Position numbers and translations under genes: made by a program
In this document: one piece after another, positions 49,598 to 63,727 of the stretch
How the letters are laid out: each line of letters opens with the position of its first letter
Numbering within the stretch: the stretch's first letter is position 1
Source of the DNA: Lytechinus pictus
Lineage: Eukaryota
DNA length: 64,000 nucleotides
Direction: 5' to 3'
NCBI RefSeq assembly: GCF_037042905.1
Contig: NC_087250.1
Coordinates: 20,090,001-20,154,000, forward strand
Notes under the pieces: generated by a model
Told to the model about the DNA's origin: nothing
The model's database searches: none
The model's input: only the letters and a program-made list of their open reading frames with translations

Positions 49598-52450
49598 TTA
49601 ATAATTTATTTTTTTAATTTCTCCAATTATTTTACCCAAGTTAACCAACCTGGGGGCCGTTTCATAAAGCTGTTCGTAAGTTAAGAGCGACTTTAAGAAC
49701 GACTGGTGATCATTTCTAACGCGCTAAACCTTCGCCAATGAATATACCATTTACCACAAGAAATGATCACCAGTCGTTCTTAAAGTCGCTCTTAACTTAC
49801 GAACAGCTTTATGAAACACCCACCTGCTCTGAGGACTCCTTGTTTTTCTACTTTTAATCGATTACAAGAATTGAATCAATCGATTATAATGGAAGTACAA
49901 ATACATTTTTTTTTTCTCGACAAGTGTTCACCGGAGCTTCTTAGTTTTCTTTTTTTATCTCATCGTTTTTTTTTCTAACGAAATAAGATCAAACAATACC
50001 GCCGACGACCGCCGTACAAAAGTATCATTTGTTATAAATGAGCAATGTGTGTTCGTCATTTACATAGGCGTCAATGCAATTTGACAGCATATTTTATAAA
50101 TATCTTTCCATAGAACGATAATTTTCTTCGTCAGATTATGCCTGAACGTGCAACATACGAAGAGGGTTTCAGAAAAAAAACAATAACTCGAAATTGACTG
50201 ATGTGTTACTTGCTTCGTTTTGCCAAAGTTAAGCAAAATAGTCAAAATTATGAAAAATGTTATGATCACTAGAATAGTTATTTGTTAAAAAGTATACTTA
50301 TAATGGTACCTACTTATATTTTGACAGTTTATTGATTTATTTACTACATTTTGGCTGTGATTCTCGTTCGTATTGAGATCACTATGAAATCTTTGGAACA
50401 TTCAAGAAAACTTTATCAAATAACCGATCCATATTTGAGTTAATAATGAGAAAGTTATGAGAATTTGAAGTTTAAATCATTATTGTAATATAGATCCTCC
50501 CGTTGGCAATGCGACAAAAAAGTGTGATGTCACATGTGAACAACTTTGCCATTACTTTTGTATATTTTTCACTTAAACTGCCTCTTTCATCTGTCATCTA
50601 TCAGTAGATCGTGTGTTCTTTCTATAGTGAGAGCATGTTATGCAGATTTTTGAATGAATATATTATCGATAAGGAGTTTGTATCAGCATATGAAAGAGCA
50701 GAACGAGAGATTTTGGAGGAAATTTATGGTCCATCACAGGGGTGGATCCAGCTTTCGCCAATGGGGGGTGGGGGATTCCGAATTTTATTTTTCTTACCCA
50801 TATTTCCCCAATCGGCCGCTCAAAGTTGATTTTTATTTGTTTCTTTGAAGGGGTAGTCCTAACAGTCACTTCTTATCTTGCCCTAATTGAATAGTACGAG
50901 CGCAAAGCGCGAGCTAGTTTTTAAGGTAATATGTATTTTGTCCTAAAAATTGAACATTCGATCTGAGCAATATTGTGATCGTGAACAAGATGTGTATGTA
51001 ACTAAATAATTACTGCCGGCACGAATCGCAAGCAAACATTTTTAATGTACGGTATGGCCTGATGGAAAACAGATCTTCGGACTGTTTGCAGTTACCCATC
51101 AAAACGAAACATATTTCAACAATCAAATAATGCGAGCGCGATGCGCGAGCTGAAAGTTTTTGACATTTTGACTTAAAAATTTGGCATTCCAAGCACTTTT
51201 TGTAATTATAAACATGATAGGTATATAACTAAACATTTCATGCGAGCGCGAAGCGTGAGCGAAAAAAAAAATAGATTTAGACCTAAAATTGTTTCGTAAA
51301 TCACGAAACGGATGACTAATTTGGTATCTAAATACATTAATAATGCGAGCGCGAAGCGCGAGAAGAAAATTTGTGATATTCTGATATTAAACTGGATAAA
51401 TCAAGAACCTTTTTTAACAAAGAACAAACTGCGTATCTGTTGTACACGCGTGTTTTTAGATTTCGACCTAGAATCTGGGCATTCTAAGTGCATTCCTTTT
51501 ATTATGAAAATCAATAATGCGAAAGCGCGATCTGAAAAAAATGATGGCGATTTGAAGGTTATTCACGAACTTAGCGAAGTACCCTTAATTTTTGTGACGT
51601 ACCTGTTACCTTGCAGTCGCGGACGCGCACATACACATAACGCGTTTAAACCTTGAGTTTGGGTTTGGGTATGCTCTTGCCTGGCCGCGCATTATATCCA
51701 ATGCGTTGGTTCATAAACTCGTTCCGGCCAGTTTTCTCAAACACACAAATTAGCGATCAAAATCGGTTCCAACTGTGAAATACATTAGCAGAAATAAGGC
51801 CTATACAGTATTTCCCTGTGTTTTGTACAGGATTTCTATGGGCAAAGCCCGAGGAGGGCAACATGGCAAATGTTTACCTCGTTGGTCTCTGATTGAAAGT
51901 AGCGAGCGAAAAATGGCTTTTATTTATTTCCGAAAATGCCTTGTATCGGTATAAAAACAGTTATGTGGACTCTGTAATAAATGCATCGATAACTTGTATT
52001 GTCTCAATCGATTATAGTTAAATTCCATTATTATTTAAAAAAAATCACGACAGCTCATTTTTCAGTTTTTATATGACATATTAAAATGTGTTTTTGTTAA
52101 AATTTTTAGAATTTAGATTAAAAAGTAAGCAAACATTCTATATAACGAAAATATGATTAAAGATTATTATTATTATTTTGGCAGTGGACTGCACATGTTA
52201 TAAGTTCACTAATCTTAGGAATAACAAGTAAACTCGAATTAAGTCGTGACCCCAACAAAAAGTTGAGTTGAATAAAAAGAGAAAAATCCAAGAAGCATAA
52301 CGCTGAAGATTTCATCAAAATCGGATGTAAAATAAGAAAGTTATGACATTTTAAAGTTTCGCTTAATTTCACAAAACAATTATATGCACATCCTGGTCGG
52401 TATGCAAATGAGGAGACTGAAATGCCGATTAAGTGTAAACACGGTAAATT

Positions 52451-52870
52451 ACCGTGTTTACACTTAATCGGCATTTGGTTGAGAACCAACAGCCGATGCA
52501 GAATCGGCTTTTGGTTTGCGTTTACACGTTGTTACAGCTCGTGGTTCAGAACCGCGAGCCGATGCAAAAACCTAAAATGATACGCACACCAACAATATAC
52601 GTCATAATAAAGACAACGCTGGATCAGTGCGCTTACAATTACGTCACAATGGTAAAGTAAATGAAATGCGCACAAATTGCCGGTGCAGAATCGGCTTTCT
52701 GTTTACACGTAGTAAAAAAGCCGATTCTGCAGGTGGTGCAAATTGCCGGTTCTGAACCGCGAGCCGATGCAAGTTACTCGCGTTTACACGCTGTGAAAAA
52801 GCCGATGCTGCATCGGCTCGCGGTTCAGAACCGCGAGCCGATTCAAATGCCGATTAAGTGTAAACACGGT
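52451..52870. mobile_element. MITE with 26 bp TIRs and internal GCCGAT repeats
   Basis: ACCGTGTTTACACTTAATCGGCATTT ... AAATGCCGATTAAGTGTAAACACGGT. Confidence 0.85.
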
Positions 52871-55800
52871 AGTATAACTTCGCGGTCGACATCGCGTGCA
52901 AGGCTCAGGCAGCGCGCAGTGCTAGCTTTGATGCTTCATAAAACAATAAAAACCATATGGCAGGAATTCACCATTCATCGGTCTAAATTTCACTCACAAA
53001 TGTGCTGGTAAATTTCTCTCCGACCTCCTGCATAGGCTAATAAACAGCACATCTAGTCGAGCCGCATCGGCCAGCGCCGATAATCGCATGCTTGTATGCA
53101 CTTCAGTACTAGCGTGTTCAATAAGCTGCCGGCTATTTCCCTCATGAGGCATTGCGGGGCTCACAGGTCTAATTCATTTCCCATAGACTTGTGTGTTAAA
53201 GTGGCACTTAAAAAGAATTCATAAAACATAAGGAGGAAATTCGAGGGTTAAATGTTTACTACCAGTGGATAGGATAAATGTCTGACATTCCATATCTGAC
53301 CAGAAAAGGGTACCTCGACCGGCTCATTTTAAAAATAATCAGTATTTATGAAGACTACACCTGCCGGGACCAAATTCGTAACTTCCGATAGTAAAATGAC
53401 CCTAATTCTTCCGCCAGTAAAAATAAAGTTCCATTGTGGTGATATATCTTTCCAATTTGGAAAAAAAGTAAGTTCAGTAGGTACCCTCCCTAGAATCAGT
53501 GTTAGATTGTCAGTCATATTCATTCATTTTTGTCAATCAGCAATATCAAATTTAAAAATTGAGCAATGGGTTGGCTCGAATGAATATCTATGGCCTGCCA
53601 GTTGTGATTAGGCCCGTGCGACCTGCGAATTTCGGCCTGTCCGCTGCAACCGATAGATGGCGCACCGTACAGTGAATCCACCGAATTACCCTTGGTTTTA
53701 AAGACGGTCTCATGAGAACTGCAACGATTCTCATTTATCTTTCAACCTCAAAGGATAAACGGAGCAGCAGCTTTAATACCCCCCTTAAGTCCAAATACTC
53801 ATAAATGACCTGACTCATTACCCAAAATGCAACATTCTAAGCAGTATAGACTTCCGCTATAGGCCCACTTGAGTGATACAGTGATTTTTATTTCTTATTA
53901 TGCACCTTCAGGGGCATGGAAGAAATACAATAGTGTAACAACAAATATAGATATACATAAAAAAAGTTAAAAGAAGTTTTCGTAACAAACTGTAGACGTA
54001 TGTAGGAGAGTTTAGATGTGTTACCTTTGCTAATCCTTGCCCAAAAATTAACCATACGCATCTCTATTCTACTTGCGAGGGCACTTCTACCATTCGTAAT
54101 AGGTCCATGCTTCTACCAAGTTCACCATACACCATGCATTTGGCAGTGCCACGATTTAGTTTAAGCAAACTTTTAAGAAATTTCCTATTAAATATCTCAA
54201 CTTTCAAGCTTCTGGAAGCCCCACACTTCACTACCATACAACAAAATCGGAACAACAAGCTGATCAAAAAGCTCACACTAAATATCCACAGGTAAGCACA
54301 ATTTTTTTGCTGTGCAAATTAAAGCAAACATAGCTCTCCTCGCCTGATTAACCGGTTTAGTGATAGCTTCATTAAAGGAACCATTATAATTGAAAGTCGT
54401 TCCGAGGTATATACAAAATCAACAACATTGAGGGTATTATCACCAAAGGTAAATTTGGGGTATTTTCGCACTTTTCCACGAGAAAATATAACAATCTTTG
54501 TTTTGCTTGTGTTGACAGACAATTTCCAAAGATCACAGTACTGCATGGTGTACAGCTGATAAAGCATTTTGCAGTCCATCAGCAGTCTCCGCCATAACAA
54601 TCGTATCGTCCGCATACAGCAACACATAAAGACGTAAAATACTTCAATATCATCATTACTGAGATTGTTCCTGAAGCACACACATCAAGACCTTTATAAC
54701 GCCTACTAACAAAATATTCAAAATCATTCAAATACATTGCAAACAGTAAAGGAGACAAATTTTCTCCCTGCCTAACTCCTATATTACAAGCAAAAGAATT
54801 GGACAAGCTGTAACCAAGTTTTATACACGATTTTGCATTTAGATACATATTATATATAATCCTAATGATGTTACCATTGATACCATTAGAAATGAGTTTA
54901 TACCACAAGGATGACCTATCAACTAAATCAAAAGCTTTCCGATAGTCTATAAAAGCACAATAAATTCTCTTACAACGGTGTAAATATAAATCAATTAAAC
55001 CATGTAAAGTGAAAATATGATCCATTGCGCTATAGCTTCCTCTAAATCCAGCTTGTTCTTCACCAATAATCCCGGCACAATTCAAAAACTCAGTAAGTCT
55101 AGTGTTTATGCAAGATGTAAATAACTTTTCCAAACAACTTAAGAGTGTAATACCCCTATAATAATTATCTGGGTTATTGATCGAGCCCTTGTTTTTATAC
55201 AAAGGCTTTATTATACCTATATACTCCATAACGAAGGAACTAAACCAGATGACAAAGTAATGTTAAATAGTTCCACAATAAGTGATATCATTACATCTGG
55301 ACAGTTTTTCAAGTATTCATTTAAAATATTATCTATACCACATACTTTATTATTTCGCAAATTACCAATCATCTTCACAACTTCTTCTTTGGTAAAATCA
55401 TTATTAATAAACTCATTGGTCGAATGATTTAAAGTCGTTGGATCAAACTCGATTCATCTTCAGCATTTAGATCTTCAGGCTTGGTACTTAATTTCTCAAA
55501 ATGCCTCAAAAAAGCATCCAAAGAAACATTACCAGATTTATCAGCAGAAATAGTAGCTTTATTCAAAATATTCCAGTACTCATTGGGTTTACTGTTTTTC
55601 GAATTACGCATACTTAAATGCAAAGCGTTGTAATAATTCCTATAATATGTCCTTAAAAATCTCTTATACTCTTTGGCTTTACTCTTTTACTCGTTTTGAG
55701 CTTCAGCAGTATTCATCTTCTTCAACCTTGCATTTAGATATTGCTTCCTCCTCAGTTCACAAGATTTATTGAACCAATGCTTACTTGTTCGAGTATGGAG

Positions 55801-56344
55801 TCTTGAAGAATTACGAGTGTTATGCACATGTATACATCTTTACACATTCCAATAGATCTTGCAGTATCAATATATAAACTGTTAATTTCATCAACAATTC
55901 AGTCCAAATCAGTCTGAGTTACAGCAGTAACATCTAAATTATTAAGCCTTTCTACAATATTCACAATATTACTAACATTAAAGGCATTTTTATAATAGTC
56001 TCTGAAGTCATTTTTCCACACAGATTTAAGAGGTACAAAACGGACATCAGACTCAGATACATCTAACATTTTTGCACTCGACATACAGGCATTAGGGTCA
56101 AAAGTTCCCTGTGGGTCCTTGTTAAAAGCAATTTGAACAGAAATGGCACTATGGGTGTCAGATAAACATTTATCCGTAATATGAACCTGAAAGTCAGTAG
56201 TACAGGGTAGGAGATACTAATACATATAGTCAACCACACTTTCCCCCTTTAGTATGTTCGACTTTCCCCCAGTATATGACAAGTATAATTTCCAATCCCA
56301 ACATCATTTCCAAACCTATACCATTTACTATTTTAACATCAAGT

Positions 56345-56653
56345 GGAAGCGCCGTGGTGTAGCGGTTCTGACTCTCGCCTTGTAATCAGAGGGTCGTGTG
56401 GTCTAATCCCACCATGGCCTAGCGCCCTTTGGCAAGGCGTCAATCCACACTTTGCCACTCTCACCCAGGTGCTAATTGGGTACCGATAGGAAACAACCGT
56501 CATTGTGGTTGGTTTAGCAAGTTTGCGCCTAACATGCTGCTTGGAATGCTATAAATCCAGTGACCAGGTAATAATAATTGTGAAGCGCTTTGAACAGTCG
56601 TAGATTGATAAAGCGCTATTATAAATGCCAATTATTATTATTAATTATTATTA
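56345..56653 (+). mobile_element. tRNA-derived SINE inserted in LINE ORF2
   Basis: A box TGGTGTAGCGG, degenerate B box, CCCAGGTGCTAATTGGGTACC block, AAGCGCT..ATAAAT tail and (ATT)n; ATCAAG on both flanks. Confidence 0.88.
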
Positions 56654-57679
56654 TCAAGACTTCTACACATTTCTATCAAACTGTAACCATTATTATTCAC
56701 ATACCTATACATACTGGAGCGACCTGTGATGACATGTTTCTTTTCAAGATCAGATTTTGTGCATAAAGAATCAACCTAAGCCAATTCTATCCCACCTTCA
56801 AGCGCGACCACATCTTCCATTTCAACAAAATCTTCTAAAACTCCGGTTCTAGAATTAAAGTCACCAACTAAGACCATTGGCAAATTAAGACTAACTTGGA
56901 AATTAATCAAATCCTCAGATAACATGGATAAGTTGTCAAAAACTTCGTCATGGTGAAAACGAGATCCTTCGCAAGGAAGATAAACAGCACCAAGAATAAA
57001 CGGACTACATAATATATTATTACATTTTAATCAAAACACAAATTGCGAACAAGTGTCACCTATAAATTCAATATGATTGGCAAGAGCAGATCTGACATAC
57101 ACACAAATACCGTGGGCTCCCCCATACTTGTGTTTCACATTTTTCACTGGCATAACAAAAGACCGAAAACCAGAGATACATTCCAAATCGTCAGTAGAGT
57201 TACATTTGGTTTCAGACAAAGAAAAAAATATCAAAGTCCTGAACAAAATTGTCTAAAACTCCTAATCTAAGCTTACTTTGCAGTCCATACACATTTAGAG
57301 CAACAATATTAATAAAAGTCCTTTTTAGTACTTCAAAGTCATGTAAGACTTGGCAGGGGCCGGGCCGGTCCTAGTAGGATAAAAAGAAACCAAGATCAAC
57401 AATCTTCTTTTCATCCCACCCTAACTTCCAAAGGTCGTCAGGGCTATCTATGATTCTCGTCTCCTCTTTGCCATTCACTGCCTGCTTGCAAAAGATCCTC
57501 CCATCTACCGACCAAACACTTTTAACCGATGCATCCTTCTTTGCCTCACGCAACATCTTACTTCTCAAGGGAATCAAATCATCATCAACATACACCCTCT
57601 TGTAAGCATCAATAGACTTCAGATTCTTTTTGTTCTTCATGAGTTGGATCTTGACATCGCGCCTCACAAACTTGGCAAT

Positions 57680-58863
57680 AGCCACCTTTCGCAATCCTCA
57701 CGGACGCTAATATTAGGGTCCCCTAACACAAAAGTTAACGCTTAATCATACAATTGATTTTTAAGATTGATTGTACATTATAGTCAATAGAATCAAACGT
57801 AGAAACTGCTCTACAATCAGTGCTAAGCTTTGTGTTACAGGGGGGTTACAGGCCCTACAGATCTGCTTTTCGTGTGCAAAATTATTTCCCGCGACAATCG
57901 CACCATACATGCATGTACATTACGACTGATGGCTGGAGATATTCGAAATGCAGGACCTACAATAGATTATTAGTACATATTGAGTGAGGAAAAAGTTACT
58001 GAATTAAGGCTTAGATAAAGATCATTACAGTCCATCGAATCGATATTGCATTTAATGTGGATCATTGGTGGATCTCTGGCAATTGATTCCATGGGTCAAA
58101 TCACCTCTCCAGCCGAAACCATTTCGCATGCGTTGATTATGTACACAGCATGTATACGTCTGAACACGTACCAGCCAATTTGCGGGGTTTTTTCTTTTGT
58201 TTACTCCTACACAAACGATATGCCTCTAGCACACAATGTAATGGGCATTATGTTTTACTTTCCCCAGAAATGGGGATTAGATTCGAATTCCCGGGGGGAC
58301 CACCTCCATTGATGAGTGGATACCAGGCACGACCATGCGGTTTCGAAAAGCACCCCAAACAAGGGAAGCAAGGCTTTTCCAGATTATGAAAATACATCTC
58401 TTAACAAGTATTTAGCTTGTGAAACCCTACAAGTATTGAAAACATATCCTCCTTTTCAGTATTTTAAACATCGTTTTTGACACCCTTATAACATTACATA
58501 GGCCTATACGTAACGTACTTGCCCGCTCTTTCCATTTGTACGCGTGGTCGCGCCTGGTATCCACTCTTCAATGGAAGTGGGCTCCCCGGGCGGCCTCTCG
58601 AGCTCTGGGAGGAACCAAATGTGGCTTTGGAAAGTCGTCCTAAATCGGATATATCGCTTTTACCATAGTAGCAACCAGAATTTTGCACACGAAACGCAGA
58701 TTGAATGTTTCCGTTCCAGATGCGAAACGAAAAAAAATCTCACGTCACACAATTTGCATTGCAGGACAGAGTTTTACGACCATGACGACGGGCCCAAAAG
58801 TCCCTTCCAAATCAACCACCGTCGCAAATAAGTGTTCGCGTTCTCCAACGAAAGGTCGGGACA
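57680..58863. mobile_element. 1.2 kb composite insertion splitting LINE ORF1, containing two MITEs (~57716-57843 and ~58290-58590)
   Basis: ORF1 rejoins as RGKTI|IAKF when removed; inner TIRs CCCGGG..GAGTGGATACCAGGCACGACCA / TGGTCGCGCCTGGTATCCACTC..CCCGGG. Confidence 0.78.
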
Positions 58864-61800
58864 GATGGTCTTGCCACGCGACTGGGCATCAGCTCCAGCT
58901 GCACGTCTGCCAGGTAGGCGATGACTCACTGAGATATCGGCCTCAGAGATATCTACCCCAACAGACTTAACCAGCTTCACCACTATCTCATTGGTGTTCT
59001 CATCGGGGGTTTCGTCAATGCCATGGATCCTCACATTCTCTCGTCTGCCATACTGCTCTAGTCTGTCTACGTCAAACTTTGTTTTCTGGGTCTGCAGTCG
59101 AAGACTAGACATGCCATTGCTGCAATCTAACTGCTTAAGACTAACATCCATCGCCGAGGTCACAGCGGCAGTTACAGCCTGAATGATGACCGGCTGTAAT
59201 GCTTGAACAATACTCGACACAAGCTCCCCCATGCTCGCCCTATCAAGTGAACCACTGGGCATTGAAGATGGTACAGCCTGACCTCTAGCAGAAACACTCG
59301 AAACTTGACGTGTTGTTGTTGACTTCAATGGAGAAGAACTTCTAACACCACCCACATCATTAGTGACGGCACGATGTACTGCCTCAGATATTACAAGTCA
59401 TTCTTAAATGATACTTCACCGTCCAAATCGACACACCATTATTCAAAGTGTCAGAGAGCACAGAAAACTTATTTGCTGCCATATTCGCCATTATTCTCTG
59501 AGTGGTAATACATTTAATCACTGTTCGTCAATGTATACTCCATCAAGAAGCAAAACAACGTCCCTTTCCTATTTAAAAACCAAGGTCATAAATATTCATA
59601 TTTGGTTCCGGCGGAACTTCTAGGGGAAAATAATTTCGCAGGCGGGGGGGGGGGGGGGCAATCGCGCGATCGCGACGAAATTCGGCACGTACGTTACCCT
59701 GGGCATAGTATACAAAACTGTAACATCAGGGTCTACGATAAACCTCATTACTTAATAATTTTTTTGAATTTCTCCATTTTTTTATGCAAGCTAACCTGTC
59801 CTGAGGATTTTTTTCCTATTTGTTAATCGATTACAAGAATTGAATCAATCGATTATAATGCAAGTACAAAAACATTTTTTTTTTCTCGACAAGTGTTCAC
59901 CGGAGCTTCTGAGATTTTCTTTTATCTCATTTTTTTTTCTAACGAAATAAGATTAAACAGTACCGCCGTACTTGGACAAAAGCATCATTTGTTATAAATG
60001 AGCAATATGTGTTCGTCATTTACACAGGCGTCAATGCAATTTAACAGCATATTTTTATCAATATTTTTCCATAGAACGATAATTTTCTTCGCCAAATTTT
60101 GCCTGAACGTGCAACATACGAAGAGGGTTTCAGAAAAAACAATAAATCAAAATTTACTGATGTGTCACTTGCTTTGTTTTGCCAAAGTTGAGCAAAATAG
60201 TCAAAAGTATGAAAAATGTTATGGTCACTAGAATAATTATTTGTAAAAGGTATATTAGTATTAGTACTAACCATATAGTATTTGTACGGTTGAATTTTAT
60301 TTATCTATTTAATTTTGGCAGTGAATCTCGTACAATTTGAGATCACTAAATTAAAGAAAAAAAAAATCTTTGGGAGGTCGGGGGTCCAATCGATTAAAGT
60401 GAAAGAGCCTCGTCGATCTGGCGCTGCACAGCGGCAGCCGGGCCCACGATCAATTGGACAAAAGCAAATTTTCGGAGTATTTCATTTCACGTCTATTTCG
60501 AACAATGAAAATATGGATTTTCATATAAGTCCTTATTGAATAGTACGAGCGCGAAGTTTCATGTATTTTGTCCTAATAATTGAACATTCGATCTGAGCAA
60601 TATTGTGATCGTGAACAAGATGTGTATGTCACTAAATAATTACTGCGAGCGCGAATCGCAAGAAAAATTTTAATATACGTTCTGGCCTGATGGAAAACAG
60701 ATTTTAAGGACTGTTTGCAGTCACCCATGAAAACGATACATATTTCAACAATCAAATAATGTGAGCGCGAAGCGCAAGCTGAAAATTTTTGACATAGTTA
60801 TGACCTAAAATTTATCATTCTACCTGTATTGAATCAATCGATTATAATTAAATTTAAAAAATTATTTACGACGACAACTCGTCGCCTAAAGTTTTGGTTT
60901 TTTTTTATATCACATATTATAATTTATCCTAACAACTTAGATTGCGATAACAGTGTAAGTAATAATCTGTAACAAAGAAAAAGTGAAATACACCAGCATT
61001 ATTATTTATTTAAGAATATATAATAATTATAGTTGTTTAATTTGTTGCACTATCGGTGTCAGTAATTCCCGAAATTCGGGAATTTTCAGGATATTTTGAC
61101 ATTTACCAGGAAAGGTTCGGGAAATGAAAAAATTCCAGGAAATTTCGGGAAATCCGAAAATTACAATTAAACAAATAAATGTAGCAATTAAGGTTTCTTT
61201 AAATATTTTTTTTTACCTCCATACGTAGCTCAAAATTTTTCGCTCGCGCTCGCATTTTGTAATTTTATTCCAATTTTTAAAGAGGGCGTGAACCCAAAAA
61301 ATGCTAAATTCCTTGATTTTGGCCACCGGGACCAAATTTAGGCTCGCTGTATTATTGCCCGATTTTCGTTTAAAATCACACTTGAAAATTCCAGGAAATA
61401 TCTATGAATTTCAGGAAATTTGGGATTCAGTTTCGGGCGATTTATTTTGGAGCCGTGGAAACACTGTATATTACATAGAAAGTATCCAATAACATTATTT
61501 TGGCAGAGAACTGCATACGTTTCGAGTTCACTAATTTTGATTAGGATAGATAGGCATACCTTAAAGAAGTCGTCAAGTCGAACAGTTAACACTATGAGAT
61601 GACTACCCAAATGTCTGTTTGTGTAAATGATGAATATGTGTCAGAAGATTCTGGAGAAAATTGTGTAACTGCTAAGATAAAAAGACAAACAAGAATGACA
61701 TTTCACAAACTTGCCAGACCTTTCCATCCCTATAATAATACACTGTTCCACGTGGGATTTCTTTTTCTTCAATTTATCATTATACTAATACATTTATGTA

Positions 61801-62839
61801 ATATCGACTGGCATTGAGAACTGGCAACAGAAGTATATTGACCCGAGTCGTTAGACGAGGGCAATATGGTTCTTTTAAGGGCAACATATTTGATGTTTCC
61901 CGAAAGAAGAGCCAGTCAATACTAATATTATTACCTACGGCTTTGCAATGTGTAATTCAAGCAATTATTTGGAACAGTTCGAATGCCTGTGTGCTTATCA
62001 CTACCGGGATCACTACTTTTGATGTCAGGTTATTCACGAACTTAGCGAAGTACCCTTAATATTTGTGACGTATTTACCTTGCAGTCGCGCACGCGCACAT
62101 ACACTTAACACGTAGAAATCATGCACTTGGGTTTAATTTTATATATGCACTTGCCGGGTCGTGCATTATCTACAATGCGTTGGTTCATAAACTGGTTCCA
62201 GTAAGTTTTCTCAAACACTGAAATTAGCGATCAAAATCGGTTGCTACTGCGCAATGCATTAGCAGAGATATGGCCAATATTGCCCTCTGTTTGTAGAGGA
62301 TTTTTATGGGCAAAGCCCGAGGAGGGCAACATGGAAAATGTGTACCTCGTTGGTCTCGGATTGAAAGTAGCGAGCGAAATATGACTTTTAATTATCTACT
62401 AAAATCCATTGTATTGTTATAAAAAGAGTGCTGTGGCCTCTGTAATAATTGCATCGATAACCTCTATAGTTTAATTCAAGCATTGTTATAATTTTATTTA
62501 TTTTTAAAACTCGTCACCAAGAATTTTGAGTTTTTATATGACATATTTAAATTCATTTGTTGACATTTTAAAATTTAGATGAACAAGTAAGCAAGCATTC
62601 TTTAAAAAGAAAATATATAATATTCACTAGGATAATTATTTTTAAAGTTATTATTTAATATGATATGGGATCGCATCCCAATGTTATTAGTGTTTTGTCA
62701 GTGGATTGCGTATACTTTACTACGTTCACTATTTCTAGGGTAGATAGGAACACAAAGGCTTGACGGACTTCAAACTTCTGTAATCAAGGACCAATGTCTT
62801 TCTCTTTCTTGTTTTCCGGGCACGGGGATGGATTTTCTT

Positions 62840-63184
62840 TAATAATCCGCTTTTATATAGCGCTTAATACATCGGAACGACGTGTCTAAGCGCTTTACAG
62901 ATATATTATTACCCCGGTCATCGGATTCAATCAGTCATTCCCGCACATATTGTGTGCACATTCACAATTCTCTGGGGAGTATTTCAGTCAGTCGCCTGTG
63001 AGGCGGACACAGTACTGGACAAGCTACATTGACTTTTACATCCTACCGGCCCGGGTACCCATTTAGCACCTGGGTCGAGAGAGGCAAAGTGTGGATTAAC
63101 GCCTTGCCGCCAGACCGCGGTGGGATTCGAACACACGACCCTCTGTTTAAAAGGCGAGAGTCAGAACCACTACAACACGGCTCC
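62840..63184 (-). mobile_element. tRNA-derived SINE related to the 56345 copy
   Basis: Minus strand GGAGCCGTGTTGTAGTGGTTCTGACTCTCGCC...GTTCGAATCCC...CCCAGGTGCTAAATGGGTACC...AAGCGCTATATAAAA. Confidence 0.88.
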
Positions 63185-63416
63185 ATCTTTATTACTATAG
63201 TTGTATACCATGAATTAAAGATAACACCATTCTTAGTTCAAATACCACGATGTTAACATTCACTCCATAGCTTTGATGAAAAATATTTTAAAAAAAGACC
63301 CAGGAAAAAATCGCTATACCCTTTCAGGAAATCTGACAATAGCTACAATAGCTTACAATAAAATATTCGTATTCTTACAATAGCTTCACAGTGTATCAAC
63401 GTCACCCAAACAAACC

Positions 63417-63727
63417 GGCCCGTATTCTGATAGCAGGTTTAACTTAAACTCAGGTTTAAAGTTGTGGTTTAAGTATGGGAAGCCAAAAGTTTCAACATTT
63501 TTATTAAGTTTTATGTTTCTTATGTTTACTGTGCTCCTTCCTGATTAATCGATGGTGAAGACAATCATCTATTTATACTTCCTAGACAATTATGAATGAT
63601 TTGAGAGCCAAATGAGCTGAAGTATGATATCTCTACTGCTAGTGATTTATGTAACAATTGGCTATTCATACTTAAACCACAACTTTTCAGCCGAGTTTAA
63701 GTTAAATCTGCTATCAGAATACGGGCC
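63417..63727. mobile_element. MITE with GGCCCGTATTCTGA TIRs (Harbinger-like ends)
   Basis: GGCCCGTATTCTGATAGCAGGTTTAACTTAAACTC ... GAGTTTAAGTTAAATCTGCTATCAGAATACGGGCC. Confidence 0.88.

Larger units (their letters stand above)
53876..59498 (-). mobile_element. Full-length but decayed CR1/L2-group LINE (coiled-coil/RRM-type ORF1, APE-RT ORF2)
   Basis: TSD TGAGTG (53870-53875, 59499-59504) with empty site CCACTTGAGTGGTAATAC at ~48771; ORF1 LEQYGRRENVRIHGI...IAKFVRR...VWSVDGRIF; APE LSETK, LVGDFNSR; RT YRGITLLS, QAGFR, GVRQGENLSP, LYADD. Confidence 0.93.
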
